A stretch of DNA of 37,370 nt, from positions 1 to 37,370 of the forward strand of contig JAJDAM010000109.1 of NCBI GenBank assembly GCA_029261905.1, in the 5' to 3' direction. Position numbers and translations under genes: made by a program. Each line of letters begins with the position of its first letter. Position 1 is the stretch's first letter. The DNA comes from Deltaproteobacteria bacterium. GTDB taxonomy: Bacteria; Myxococcota_A; UBA9160; SMWR01. A model generated the notes under the pieces. That model had not been told where the DNA came from and ran no database searches. It saw only the letters and a list, made by a program, of their open reading frames with translations. Below are positions 19,992 to 29,771 of this stretch, piece after piece.

Positions 19992-20864
19992 ATGCCGAAT
20001 CTCAGTCGCGTGCTCACAGTCGTCAACCAAAAGGGCGGCGTCGGGAAGACTACGACCGCGGTGAATCTCGCCGCCTCGATCGCCGCCTCGGAGCGTAAGA
20101 CGCTCCTCATCGATTTTGACCCGCAGGCCAATGCGACCAGCGCCTTTGGGATCGACTCCTCGGGAGATAACGCGCCGCGTCAGATCTATGATGCACTGAT
20201 CGGCGACTGTGTGCTGAAAGACCTGGCGCTGCCCACCGAGCTCGAGTTCTTGCAGGTGGTTCCATCCGGCCGTGACCTGTATGGCGCCGAGATCGAAATG
20301 GTCTCGATGCCGAATCGAGAGCGCTGCCTCGAGCGAACACTGGTCGATGTGCGCGACGCCTACGAGTACATCGTGATCGATTGTCCGCCCGCGTTGGGTC
20401 TGCTCACTCTCAATGCATTGACGGCCGCTGATGCGATCGTGATCCCGTTGCAATGCGAGTACTACGCGCTCGAAGGGCTGGCCGGTTTGCTCGAGACGGT
20501 GGCGCTCGTTCGCCAGAGCCTGAACCCGCAGCTGGAACTCGAAGGCATCGTGCTGACGATGGTGGACGCTCGGAACAATCTCAGCCGACAGGTCGAGAAG
20601 GAAGTGCGCGAACACTTCCAGGACAGCGTGTTTCGAACGGTGATCCCACGCAACGTTCGGCTCAGCGAGGCGCCCAGCCACGGCAAGCCGGTGTTGCTGT
20701 ACGACATCCAATCGAAGGGAGCCGTCAGCTACTTGAAATTGGCAGACGAGATTCTCCGACGGCGCGAAAATGGAATCGCACCATCAGCCCTCGAGGGTGG
20801 CAGCGCCGACCTCAGCGGCCATCTCACAGGGAACCTCGGATCGAAAATTGGAGGCGAGTCATGA
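19992..20864 (+). CDS. parA: Chromosome partitioning ATPase ParA (Soj)
   Basis: ATG at 19992 gives MPNLSRVLTVVNQKGGVGKTTTAVNLAASIA, with the deviant Walker A including the signature Lys. 290 aa with a roughly 35-aa Gly/Ser-rich C-terminal tail. The stop overlaps the parB start (ATGA). Confidence 0.92.
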   Translation: MPNLSRVLTVVNQKGGVGKTTTAVNLAASIAASERKTLLIDFDPQANATSAFGIDSSGDNAPRQIYDALIGDCVLKDLALPTELEFLQVVPSGRDLYGAEIEMVSMPNRERCLERTLVDVRDAYEYIVIDCPPALGLLTLNALTAADAIVIPLQCEYYALEGLAGLLETVALVRQSLNPQLELEGIVLTMVDARNNLSRQVEKEVREHFQDSVFRTVIPRNVRLSEAPSHGKPVLLYDIQSKGAVSYLKLADEILRRRENGIAPSALEGGSADLSGHLTGNLGSKIGGES

Positions 20865-21775
20865 GCAGTCAGCGCAAAGCCCTCGGTCGCGGTATCGGAG
20901 CGCTGATTCCCGGCAGCGCGCCAAGCACGTCACCATCCATCGCCTCGCGACCGGTTGCGAACCCCTCAGAGCCCGTCGCGAACGCTAGCCCCACGCGACT
21001 GCGGATCGACCAGATCGTTCCGAATCCCGATCAGCCGCGTCGCATCTTCGATCCGGAACACCTCGAACGGCTCGCGAATTCGATCCGATTGCACGGAGTG
21101 ATTCAACCCATCGTCGTGCGACCCGCCGGCAATCGTTTCGAGTTGATCTGTGGAGAACAACGCTGGCGCGCGGCCGAGTTGGCGGGCCTCGAATCGATCC
21201 CGGTGGTAGTAAGCGATGTCGACGAGGTCGAGCGGCTGGAGCTGGCGCTGATCGAAAATGTCCAACGCGCTGATCTGAATCCGATCGAGCTCGCACATGC
21301 GTTTCGTGCATTGGGTGAGGCTGGGGCGACGCAAGACGAAATCGGACGCCGAGTCAGTCTCGATCGCTCGACGATCTCGAATCATTTGCGGTTGCTGGAT
21401 CTCCCACGCGAATATCAAACCGATGTCGAAGCGGGCCGGCTCACGATTGGTCACGCCAAGGCGCTGCTCGGCGTCAACAATCCGGAGCGCCGAAGCCGGT
21501 TGCGCGATCGGATCGTCAAGGAATCGCTGTCTGTTCGCGCTACCGAGGCTCTGGCACGCGAAAACTCGGCAGCGGTCCGGCCACCCAAGGCTCGTGGGAA
21601 CGATCCCCGCCCGGCTACGGATCCGAACCTGCAACGTCTCGTCGATACGCTCCGGCAGCGCATGCAGACCCGTGTCCGGATCAACGGCAATGCGGAACGC
21701 GGCCGGCTCGAGATCGAATATTTCGGTCCCGACGATCTCACTCGGATCGCCGGTTTGTTGCTGGGCGACGCGTAG
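20861..21775 (+). CDS. parB: Chromosome partitioning protein ParB (Spo0J)
   Basis: ATG at 20861 gives MSSQRKALGRGIGALIPG. Also present are IVPNPDQPRRIF, HGVIQPIVVRP, GEQRWRAA (box II variant), LALIENVQRADLNPIE and an HTH region. 304 aa. The track start at 20453 lies inside parA. Confidence 0.92.
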   Translation: MSSQRKALGRGIGALIPGSAPSTSPSIASRPVANPSEPVANASPTRLRIDQIVPNPDQPRRIFDPEHLERLANSIRLHGVIQPIVVRPAGNRFELICGEQRWRAAELAGLESIPVVVSDVDEVERLELALIENVQRADLNPIELAHAFRALGEAGATQDEIGRRVSLDRSTISNHLRLLDLPREYQTDVEAGRLTIGHAKALLGVNNPERRSRLRDRIVKESLSVRATEALARENSAAVRPPKARGNDPRPATDPNLQRLVDTLRQRMQTRVRINGNAERGRLEIEYFGPDDLTRIAGLLLGDA

Positions 21776-21804
21776 TCAGCCAGACCGGTTTGGAGCGAAC
21801 GATA

Positions 21805-22140
21805 ATGGACCCCCAATTGCCCTCGGCGCTCGCTGCGGATGCCAAATTCACGGGCTGCGTTCACATCATCGCTCCCGCGCGTGTCGATGGCTGCATCGAA
21901 GGCGAGATTTCCGCGGTTGGGGCATTGTGGATCGGTCCCACCGCGGTCATTCGCGCCCGCGTCAGCGCCCCCGAGATCGTTGTAGAGGGCACTCTGGAAG
22001 GAGAGCTGCACGCGACGGGTCGGATCGACGTCCACTCCACGGCTCGCATTGTCGCAAATGTCACGACACCCAGTCTCAACGTGGAAGAAGGAGCAATCCT
22101 CCAGGGCCGTTGCGTGGCGAGTCGGCAAGAACTGGATTGA
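21805..22140 (+). CDS. Bactofilin-family polymer-forming cytoskeletal protein
   Basis: 111 aa from the ATG at 21805 (GGAG 9 nt upstream). Repetitive beta-helix pattern FTGCVHIIAPARVDGCIEGEISAVGALWIGPTAVIRARVSAPEIVVEGTLEGELHATGRIDVHSTARIVANVTTPSLNVEEGAILQGRC. Starts 29 nt after the parB stop. Confidence 0.8.
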   Translation: MDPQLPSALAADAKFTGCVHIIAPARVDGCIEGEISAVGALWIGPTAVIRARVSAPEIVVEGTLEGELHATGRIDVHSTARIVANVTTPSLNVEEGAILQGRCVASRQELD

Positions 22141-22200
22141 CGGAACCGGCCCCAATTGCCTTGAAGTTCCCGGCAGCTATGTAAGAATTCCCCGGTCCTA

Positions 22201-22230
22201 CGGCGGATCGCAAAGTGCTGCGATCCGCCG
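22201..22230 (+). terminator. Rho-independent-type terminator after the bactofilin gene
   Basis: Perfect 12-bp stem CGGCGGATCGCA / TGCGATCCGCCG with the 6-nt loop AAGTGC, followed by the T-rich CCGGCTTTTGCGGCGTTTCAATTTTT. Lies 60 nt downstream of the stop. Confidence 0.55.
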
Positions 22231-22423
22231 CCGGCTTTTGCGGCGTTTCAATTTTTCCCACGAGCATGTCTGAATCGTAGAAGCGCCGTCGGGCTCCCGA
22301 ATGTGAAGCAGCGGAGCCCACGCCCTGCGAACCCGACAAGCCGGGCCCAGCTAGGAATCAACAGAGACAAGTCAAAGAGAAACACAAAAAAGGGTCAGTC
22401 CGATCGATCCGCCGCCGAACAAA

Positions 22424-22472
22424 GAAGAACGAAGAAAGAAGAACGAAGAAAGAAGAAAGAAGAAAGAAAAAA
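22424..22472 (+). repeat. Polypurine heptamer tandem repeat (GAAGAAM) x7
   Basis: Read as gaagaac gaagaaa gaagaac gaagaaa gaagaaa gaagaaa gaaaaaa. It is embedded in a larger purine-rich tract (about 22340-22480) between the terminator and atpF'. Confidence 0.9.
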
Positions 22473-22525
22473 AGACCGTCGGGCGGCTGCACCCCAAGAG
22501 TGAACTCGAGCGCCAACACAAAAAG

Positions 22526-23164
22526 TTGTCACCGTTCGAATTCCATGCAAACCCATCTCGGAGCCATGCCAAAGTGAGAACTCGACACCAGCCCAGAGAT
22601 CGAGCCAGTCAGGCCCGCCATCAGCACGAGACTCCGCGCTGCACTCCCCGGCTCACCAGCGCTGCGTTTGTCGTTGCGGCTCTGGGGGTCGCGGTATTCG
22701 CAAACCCCGCGTTGGCGTCCGACACCAACCTGGTTCTGGTGCCCGACTGGACCGGCATACTGCCGCTACTGCTCGCGCTGTTCGTTCTGCTGATGTTTCC
22801 CGCGAACGCGTTGCTTTTCAAGCCGATCTTTCGAGTGCTCGACGAACGCGAAAAACGGACTGATGGCACCAGAAAACGCGCCGACAAGATCATGCGCGAT
22901 GCCGAAGAAACGCTCGCGAAATACGAACAAGCGGTCCGAGATGTGCGGGAAGAGGCCGAGCGGGATCGAAAGTCCGGCGTTGCGACCGCCCGAACAGAGA
23001 ACGCCGCAGTGACCGCTGCCGCGCGTGAGCAAGCGCAGGCCGAGGCGGAGCGCACGGGGCGGGAACTGGCCGAGGCCCTCGAAGAATCGCGGGCGGTGAT
23101 GCGCCAGCAAGCCGAGAGCATCGCCACCGAAGCGGCTGCCCGGGTACTCGGGAGACCGCTATGA
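22526..23164 (+). CDS. F0F1 ATP synthase subunit b' (second b-type stalk subunit)
   Basis: Membrane anchor plus b-type motif ILPLLLALFVLLMFPANALLFKPIFRVLDEREKR, followed by a long charged helix. The stop overlaps the atpF start (ATGA). Start uncertain: TTG at 22526 or in-frame GTG at 22574. Confidence 0.7.
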   Translation: MSPFEFHANPSRSHAKVRTRHQPRDRASQARHQHETPRCTPRLTSAAFVVAALGVAVFANPALASDTNLVLVPDWTGILPLLLALFVLLMFPANALLFKPIFRVLDEREKRTDGTRKRADKIMRDAEETLAKYEQAVRDVREEAERDRKSGVATARTENAAVTAAAREQAQAEAERTGRELAEALEESRAVMRQQAESIATEAAARVLGRPL

Positions 23165-23826
23165 CGGTACGGGAAACGCCGGTGAAGGGAACGACCGATC
23201 AGCCAGTGACCAGTCGCGATCGCAGGGTGATGTTCGCCGCGGCCGCCACTGGAGCGGTGCTACTCGTCTTGGCGTTACCTGCCGCGGCATCCGATGAATC
23301 GCACGGCGGTGGCGCGGACGTGTTGATCAAGACTGGCCTCAACCTCGTGCTGTTGTTGGGCGTTCTGTTTTACTTCGCACGAAAGCCCGTCGGTGAGTAT
23401 TTCGCCAGCCGCCGCAGTGGAATCGAACAGAATCTGACCGGAGCCGCAACGGAGCTCTCGGCCGCCGAAGCCACCTTTGCCAAATGGCAACGTCGCCTGA
23501 TCGACCTCGATGCAGAGCTCGAGCAGATCCGCACGACTTCACGCCAGCGCGCCGAATCCGAGCGCGAGCGCATCATTGCCGACGCTCAGGCCGCGGCACA
23601 GCGCGTTCGAGACAACGCGACCGCAGCCATCACGCAGGAACTGCGCCGCGCCCGCGAGCAGTTGCGCGAAGAAGCGACTCAGCTCGCAATCGATATGGCG
23701 GCGCAGAGGCTCGAGCGCGAAGTCACCGCCGCCGACCGCGACCGACTGCTCGACGAATTCATCGAGCGGATCGAGCAGCGCGACGCTACCAGCGCGCCCG
23801 CTGTCAGCGGCCAAGGGGAGGCATAA
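23161..23826 (+). CDS. atpF: F0F1 ATP synthase subunit b
   Basis: 221 aa. TM segment LIKTGLNLVLLLGVLFYFARKPVGEYF, followed by an Ala/Glu/Arg-rich coiled-coil-type helix. Position is b'-b-delta. Confidence 0.8.
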   Translation: MTVRETPVKGTTDQPVTSRDRRVMFAAAATGAVLLVLALPAAASDESHGGGADVLIKTGLNLVLLLGVLFYFARKPVGEYFASRRSGIEQNLTGAATELSAAEATFAKWQRRLIDLDAELEQIRTTSRQRAESERERIIADAQAAAQRVRDNATAAITQELRRAREQLREEATQLAIDMAAQRLEREVTAADRDRLLDEFIERIEQRDATSAPAVSGQGEA

Positions 23827-23827
23827 C

Positions 23828-24403
23828 GTGCCGAACACAGCCGCAGCCCGACGCTACGCGGGTGCTTTGTTCTCTCTCGCGACCGAACAGGGCGATGTGC
23901 AGACGATTCGGGATCAACTTGCTGGCATGAACGAGCTGTTCGATGTCAACCCGGATCTCCGACGCCGGTTGTTCCAACCGCTGCATCCGGTCGTGGAGCG
24001 CCGCTCGGTGTTGATCGGTGTTTGCAAGCTGGCAGGTCTTCACAAGACGGTACAGAACTTCTTCTCGTATCTGATCGACCAGCGGCGCCTGGTCGATTTC
24101 GCCGGCATCCGCGACGAGTACGAACGCCTGGCCGATGAGGCCGCCGGCCGATTGCGCGCGGAGTTGCGGTGTGCGAGCCCGATCGACGATCAGCAGCGCG
24201 AGCGGCTGACGGCAGCGTTGACGCGACGAACGGGCAAGCAGATCGATCTCACCATTCACGTCGACCCGAGCTTGCTCGGCGGAGTCATTGCCACCGTGGG
24301 TGGCATGGTCTTCGACGGCAGTCTCAAGACCCAGCTCACGCAACTGAAATCCACGTTGATGAAGGGAAACATGCAAGCGATGCCGGCAACCCAGGACAGC
24401 TAG
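23828..24403 (+). CDS. atpH: F0F1 ATP synthase subunit delta (OSCP)
   Basis: GTG at 23828, 1 nt after the atpF stop, gives (M)PNTAAARRYAGALFSLATEQG. The C-terminus is DPSLLGGVIATVGGMVFDGSLKTQL. 191 aa. The track ORF start at 23510 lies inside atpF. Confidence 0.87.
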   Translation: MPNTAAARRYAGALFSLATEQGDVQTIRDQLAGMNELFDVNPDLRRRLFQPLHPVVERRSVLIGVCKLAGLHKTVQNFFSYLIDQRRLVDFAGIRDEYERLADEAAGRLRAELRCASPIDDQQRERLTAALTRRTGKQIDLTIHVDPSLLGGVIATVGGMVFDGSLKTQLTQLKSTLMKGNMQAMPATQDS

Positions 24404-24553
24404 GAGCCCGACCCAAGACACGTCGGGCGACGCGTAGAGAGATCCGAAGGGTCCCGTGACCCGTTCGCCGCTTCCGCTGGAACCACTGACAGATCATCAG
24501 ATCCAATACCCAGATCCGAAACTAGATCGAGAACTACGAGGACAACGAGTCGA

Positions 24554-26101
24554 ATGGATATCAAACCGGCCGAAATTACCGACATCCTGAAGCGCGAGAT
24601 CAAGGAATACGATCGAGAGATCGACGTCGCCGAGACGGGGTCCGTGCTGTCGGTCGGCGACGGTATCGCTCGCGTATACGGGCTCGAGAATGCGATGGCG
24701 GGAGAACTCATCGAGTTCCCCGGCGGACTCTCTGGCCTGGTTCTGAACCTCGAAGAGGACAATGTCGGCATCGCGTTGATGGGCGAGTCGCATCACATTC
24801 GCGAAGGCGACATCGTGCGCCGCACGAATCGGATCATCGAGGTGCCGGTTGGCGAGGCGCTCATCGGTCGTGTGGTCGACGCGCTGGGCAACCCGATCGA
24901 TGGCGGCGCCCCGATCGAGTCGACCGAACGACGTCGCGTCGAGCTCAAGGCTCCCGGCATCGTCGCACGACAGGGCGTCAGCGAACCACTGCAGACCGGC
25001 ATCAAGGCCATCGACGCGATGATCCCGATCGGTCGCGGCCAACGCGAGCTGATCATCGGTGACCGCGGAACCGGCAAGACGGCCATCGCCATCGACGCGA
25101 TCATCAATCAGAAAGAGACCGACGTCTACTGCATCTACGTTGCCATCGGGCAGAAGCAGTCGACGGTCGCGCAGGTCGTGGACAAGCTGACCCAGCACGG
25201 CGCGATGGAATACACGACGATCGTCGCGGCCACCGCGAGTGAGCCGGCGCCGCTCCAGTACATCTCGCCCTACAGCGGTGTGACGATGGGCGAGTGGTTC
25301 CGCGACAACGGCAAGCACGCGCTGATCATCTATGACGATCTATCGAAGCAAGCCGTCGCCTACCGCCAGTTGTCTCTGCTGCTGCGTCGTCCGCCCGGAC
25401 GCGAAGCGTACCCCGGCGACGTCTTCTACGTGCACTCCCGGTTGCTCGAGCGTGCCGCGAAGATGAGCGACGCAGAAGGAGGCGGTAGCCTGACCGCGCT
25501 ACCGATCATCGAGACACAGGCAGGTGACGTCTCGGCGTACATTCCGACCAACGTCATTTCGATCACCGACGGTCAGATCTTTCTCGAGACCGACCTGTTC
25601 AACTCGGGGATTCGTCCCGCGGTGAACGTGGGCATTTCGGTTTCCCGCGTCGGGGGTGCCGCGCAGACCAAAGCCACCAAGACCGTCGCCGGCAAGCTCA
25701 AGCTCGGCCTTGCCCAGTACCGTGAGATGGCTGCGTTCGCGCAGTTCGGCAGCGACCTCGACAAATCGACTCAAGAGCAGCTCGCCAACGGAGTGCGCCA
25801 GACCGAGATGCTCAAGCAGCCCCAGTATTCGCCGATGCGAATGGAAGAACAGGTGGTATCGATCTTCGCAGCAACACCCCGTTCGGATCGCAACTCCTGG
25901 GTACGGGGTTACGAGCTCGCTGATCTTCTTCGTTACGAAGCCGAGCTGCTCGACTTCGTCCGCCAGGATCACTCGGACCTGCTCGCAACCATTCGCGACA
26001 CGGGCAAGCTCGACTCGGACGCCGAAGCGAAGCTGATCGGGATTCTCGATGCGTTCGCCGGTGTGTTCCAGCCGACTTCGAGTGGGAGTGAGGCTGCCTA
26101 G
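24554..26101 (+). CDS. atpA: F0F1 ATP synthase subunit alpha
   Basis: 515 aa with Walker [14 protein letters not shown], then [46 protein letters not shown]. Confidence 0.97.
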   Translation: MDIKPAEITDILKREIKEYDREIDVAETGSVLSVGDGIARVYGLENAMAGELIEFPGGLSGLVLNLEEDNVGIALMGESHHIREGDIVRRTNRIIEVPVGEALIGRVVDALGNPIDGGAPIESTERRRVELKAPGIVARQGVSEPLQTGIKAIDAMIPIGRGQRELIIGDRGTGKTAIAIDAIINQKETDVYCIYVAIGQKQSTVAQVVDKLTQHGAMEYTTIVAATASEPAPLQYISPYSGVTMGEWFRDNGKHALIIYDDLSKQAVAYRQLSLLLRRPPGREAYPGDVFYVHSRLLERAAKMSDAEGGGSLTALPIIETQAGDVSAYIPTNVISITDGQIFLETDLFNSGIRPAVNVGISVSRVGGAAQTKATKTVAGKLKLGLAQYREMAAFAQFGSDLDKSTQEQLANGVRQTEMLKQPQYSPMRMEEQVVSIFAATPRSDRNSWVRGYELADLLRYEAELLDFVRQDHSDLLATIRDTGKLDSDAEAKLIGILDAFAGVFQPTSSGSEAA

Positions 26102-28533
<2,432 letters not shown>

Positions 28534-28636
28534 TCAGCGGCGCACAGCATCGGTGTAGAGCGGCGCGATCCTTTCGGATCGACGGAAATGAGGCGAGGCA
28601 GCACAACATGCGAATCGCAAAAAGCAGGAGATCGAT

Positions 28637-29047
28637 GTGCCGTTCGAGCTGACGATCGTGACGCCGGAAGGTGCGGCCTATCAGGGCACCGTCGATCGCG
28701 TCGTGCTTCCGGGCACCGAAGGGGAGTTCGGCGTACTTCCCAGTCACGAGCGCTTCTTGTCGCCGTTGAAGATCGGAGCACTCGAGATCGAAACCGCGGA
28801 AGGTCGACTCTACGCGGTGATCACTGACGGTTTTGCAGAAGTGAACGGTGACGAAGTCACGGTGCTGGTTGACTCCTGCCAGCTGGAACACGAGATCGAC
28901 TTCGCGCGCGCGGACGTCGAACTGAGCGAAGCGGAGCAAGCACTGGACCGCGTCGCCGGCGACGAACCCGATCGCTACCGCCATTTCGAGGCCGCATTGG
29001 CGAGCGCTCGAGCTCGCGTAGAGGTCAGCCGCAAGAAATCGGGCTGA
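28637..29047 (+). CDS. atpC: F0F1 ATP synthase subunit epsilon
   Basis: 136 aa. GTG start with SD AGGAG. FELTIVTPEGAAYQGTVDRVVLPGTEGEFGVLPSHERFLSPLKIGALEI. Confidence 0.9.
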   Translation: MPFELTIVTPEGAAYQGTVDRVVLPGTEGEFGVLPSHERFLSPLKIGALEIETAEGRLYAVITDGFAEVNGDEVTVLVDSCQLEHEIDFARADVELSEAEQALDRVAGDEPDRYRHFEAALASARARVEVSRKKSG

Positions 29048-29107
29048 CGCCCTGCTGCTTGGGTCAGGCTCCCAAGGGAGTCGCTCGCAACTCGCGGCTG
29101 CGGGCGT

Positions 29108-29662
29108 TCAAGCGGAGCGACTTGCTTTGAGTTTCGCCTTGCCCGCTTCGACCACAACCCGAAACTGCACTTCGCAATCTCCAAATCGCTCTCGCAGCAC
29201 AGCCCGCTGCTTGTCGAGGATGGCGTCGAGTTTCTTGGGATTGAGCTGTTCGACGGGTTGCCCGCAACTTCGCCTGGCTTCGAGGTAGGTCTCGTAGATG
29301 TCCTTGCCCTGGCTCGTGGGTGCGGATCGATGCGGTGGTTCGTTGATGGGCGCGCGCTCGTGGAGCTTGGCTCTGAAGACGTGGCGCTCGTAGGTGCCGC
29401 GCTCGATCTTTCGAAGTGTTTCCGCCCACTGGCGTTTGCAGGCTTGATAGCGCGAATTGATGGCGTTGAACTTGAACCGCAGTGAGGTGTTCTGAAGCGA
29501 TTGATTGCTGTACGTAATGACCGTTTTCTGGATCTCGTCGCGCAACGAGATCGGTTCGCGAGGTCTGGATCCCAAGAAATACTGGTCGTAGGCAAGCTTC
29601 AACTGGTTCAGCTTACGGCTCAGGATCTCGAGCTCCTGCTCGGTCGGCACGGCAAACTCCAT
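29108..29662 (-). CDS. Conserved-looking hypothetical protein, function unknown
   Basis: Open frame with GC-typical codon usage and a helical, charged sequence (EQELEILSRKLNQLKLAYDQYFLG...RFKFNAINSRYQACKRQW...). No catalytic motif recognised. Internal ATG at 29662 preferred (184 aa) because the GTG at 29737 would leave only 34 bp to the divergent nagA. Neither start has a clear SD. Confidence 0.5.
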   Translation of the reverse strand: MEFAVPTEQELEILSRKLNQLKLAYDQYFLGSRPREPISLRDEIQKTVITYSNQSLQNTSLRFKFNAINSRYQACKRQWAETLRKIERGTYERHVFRAKLHERAPINEPPHRSAPTSQGKDIYETYLEARRSCGQPVEQLNPKKLDAILDKQRAVLRERFGDCEVQFRVVVEAGKAKLKASRSA

Positions 29663-29771
29663 CCAAACTCGGGGGGTTCCAGGAAGGATCGGCTCCAACC
29701 GCACCGCGCTGAAGCTAAAACGTAGCGAAATACCCACTCATTCAATGAACTCAGCCAGGTAGAATTGCCGC

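Noticed and set aside
22157-22190. Promoter-like TTGCCT-16 nt-TATGTA between the bactofilin stop and the terminator hairpin
   Set aside because: It would produce a transcript that terminates almost immediately. The hexamer matches are weak and there is no supporting feature.
22303-22503. 66-aa Lys/Arg/Glu-rich ORF across the polypurine tract
   Set aside because: Its composition is dictated by the GAAGAAM repeat. It uses AGA/AAA/GAA codons that are atypical for this GC-rich genome, has a GTG start with no SD, and lies just after a terminator. It is more likely non-coding, although a tiny basic protein cannot be excluded without expression data.
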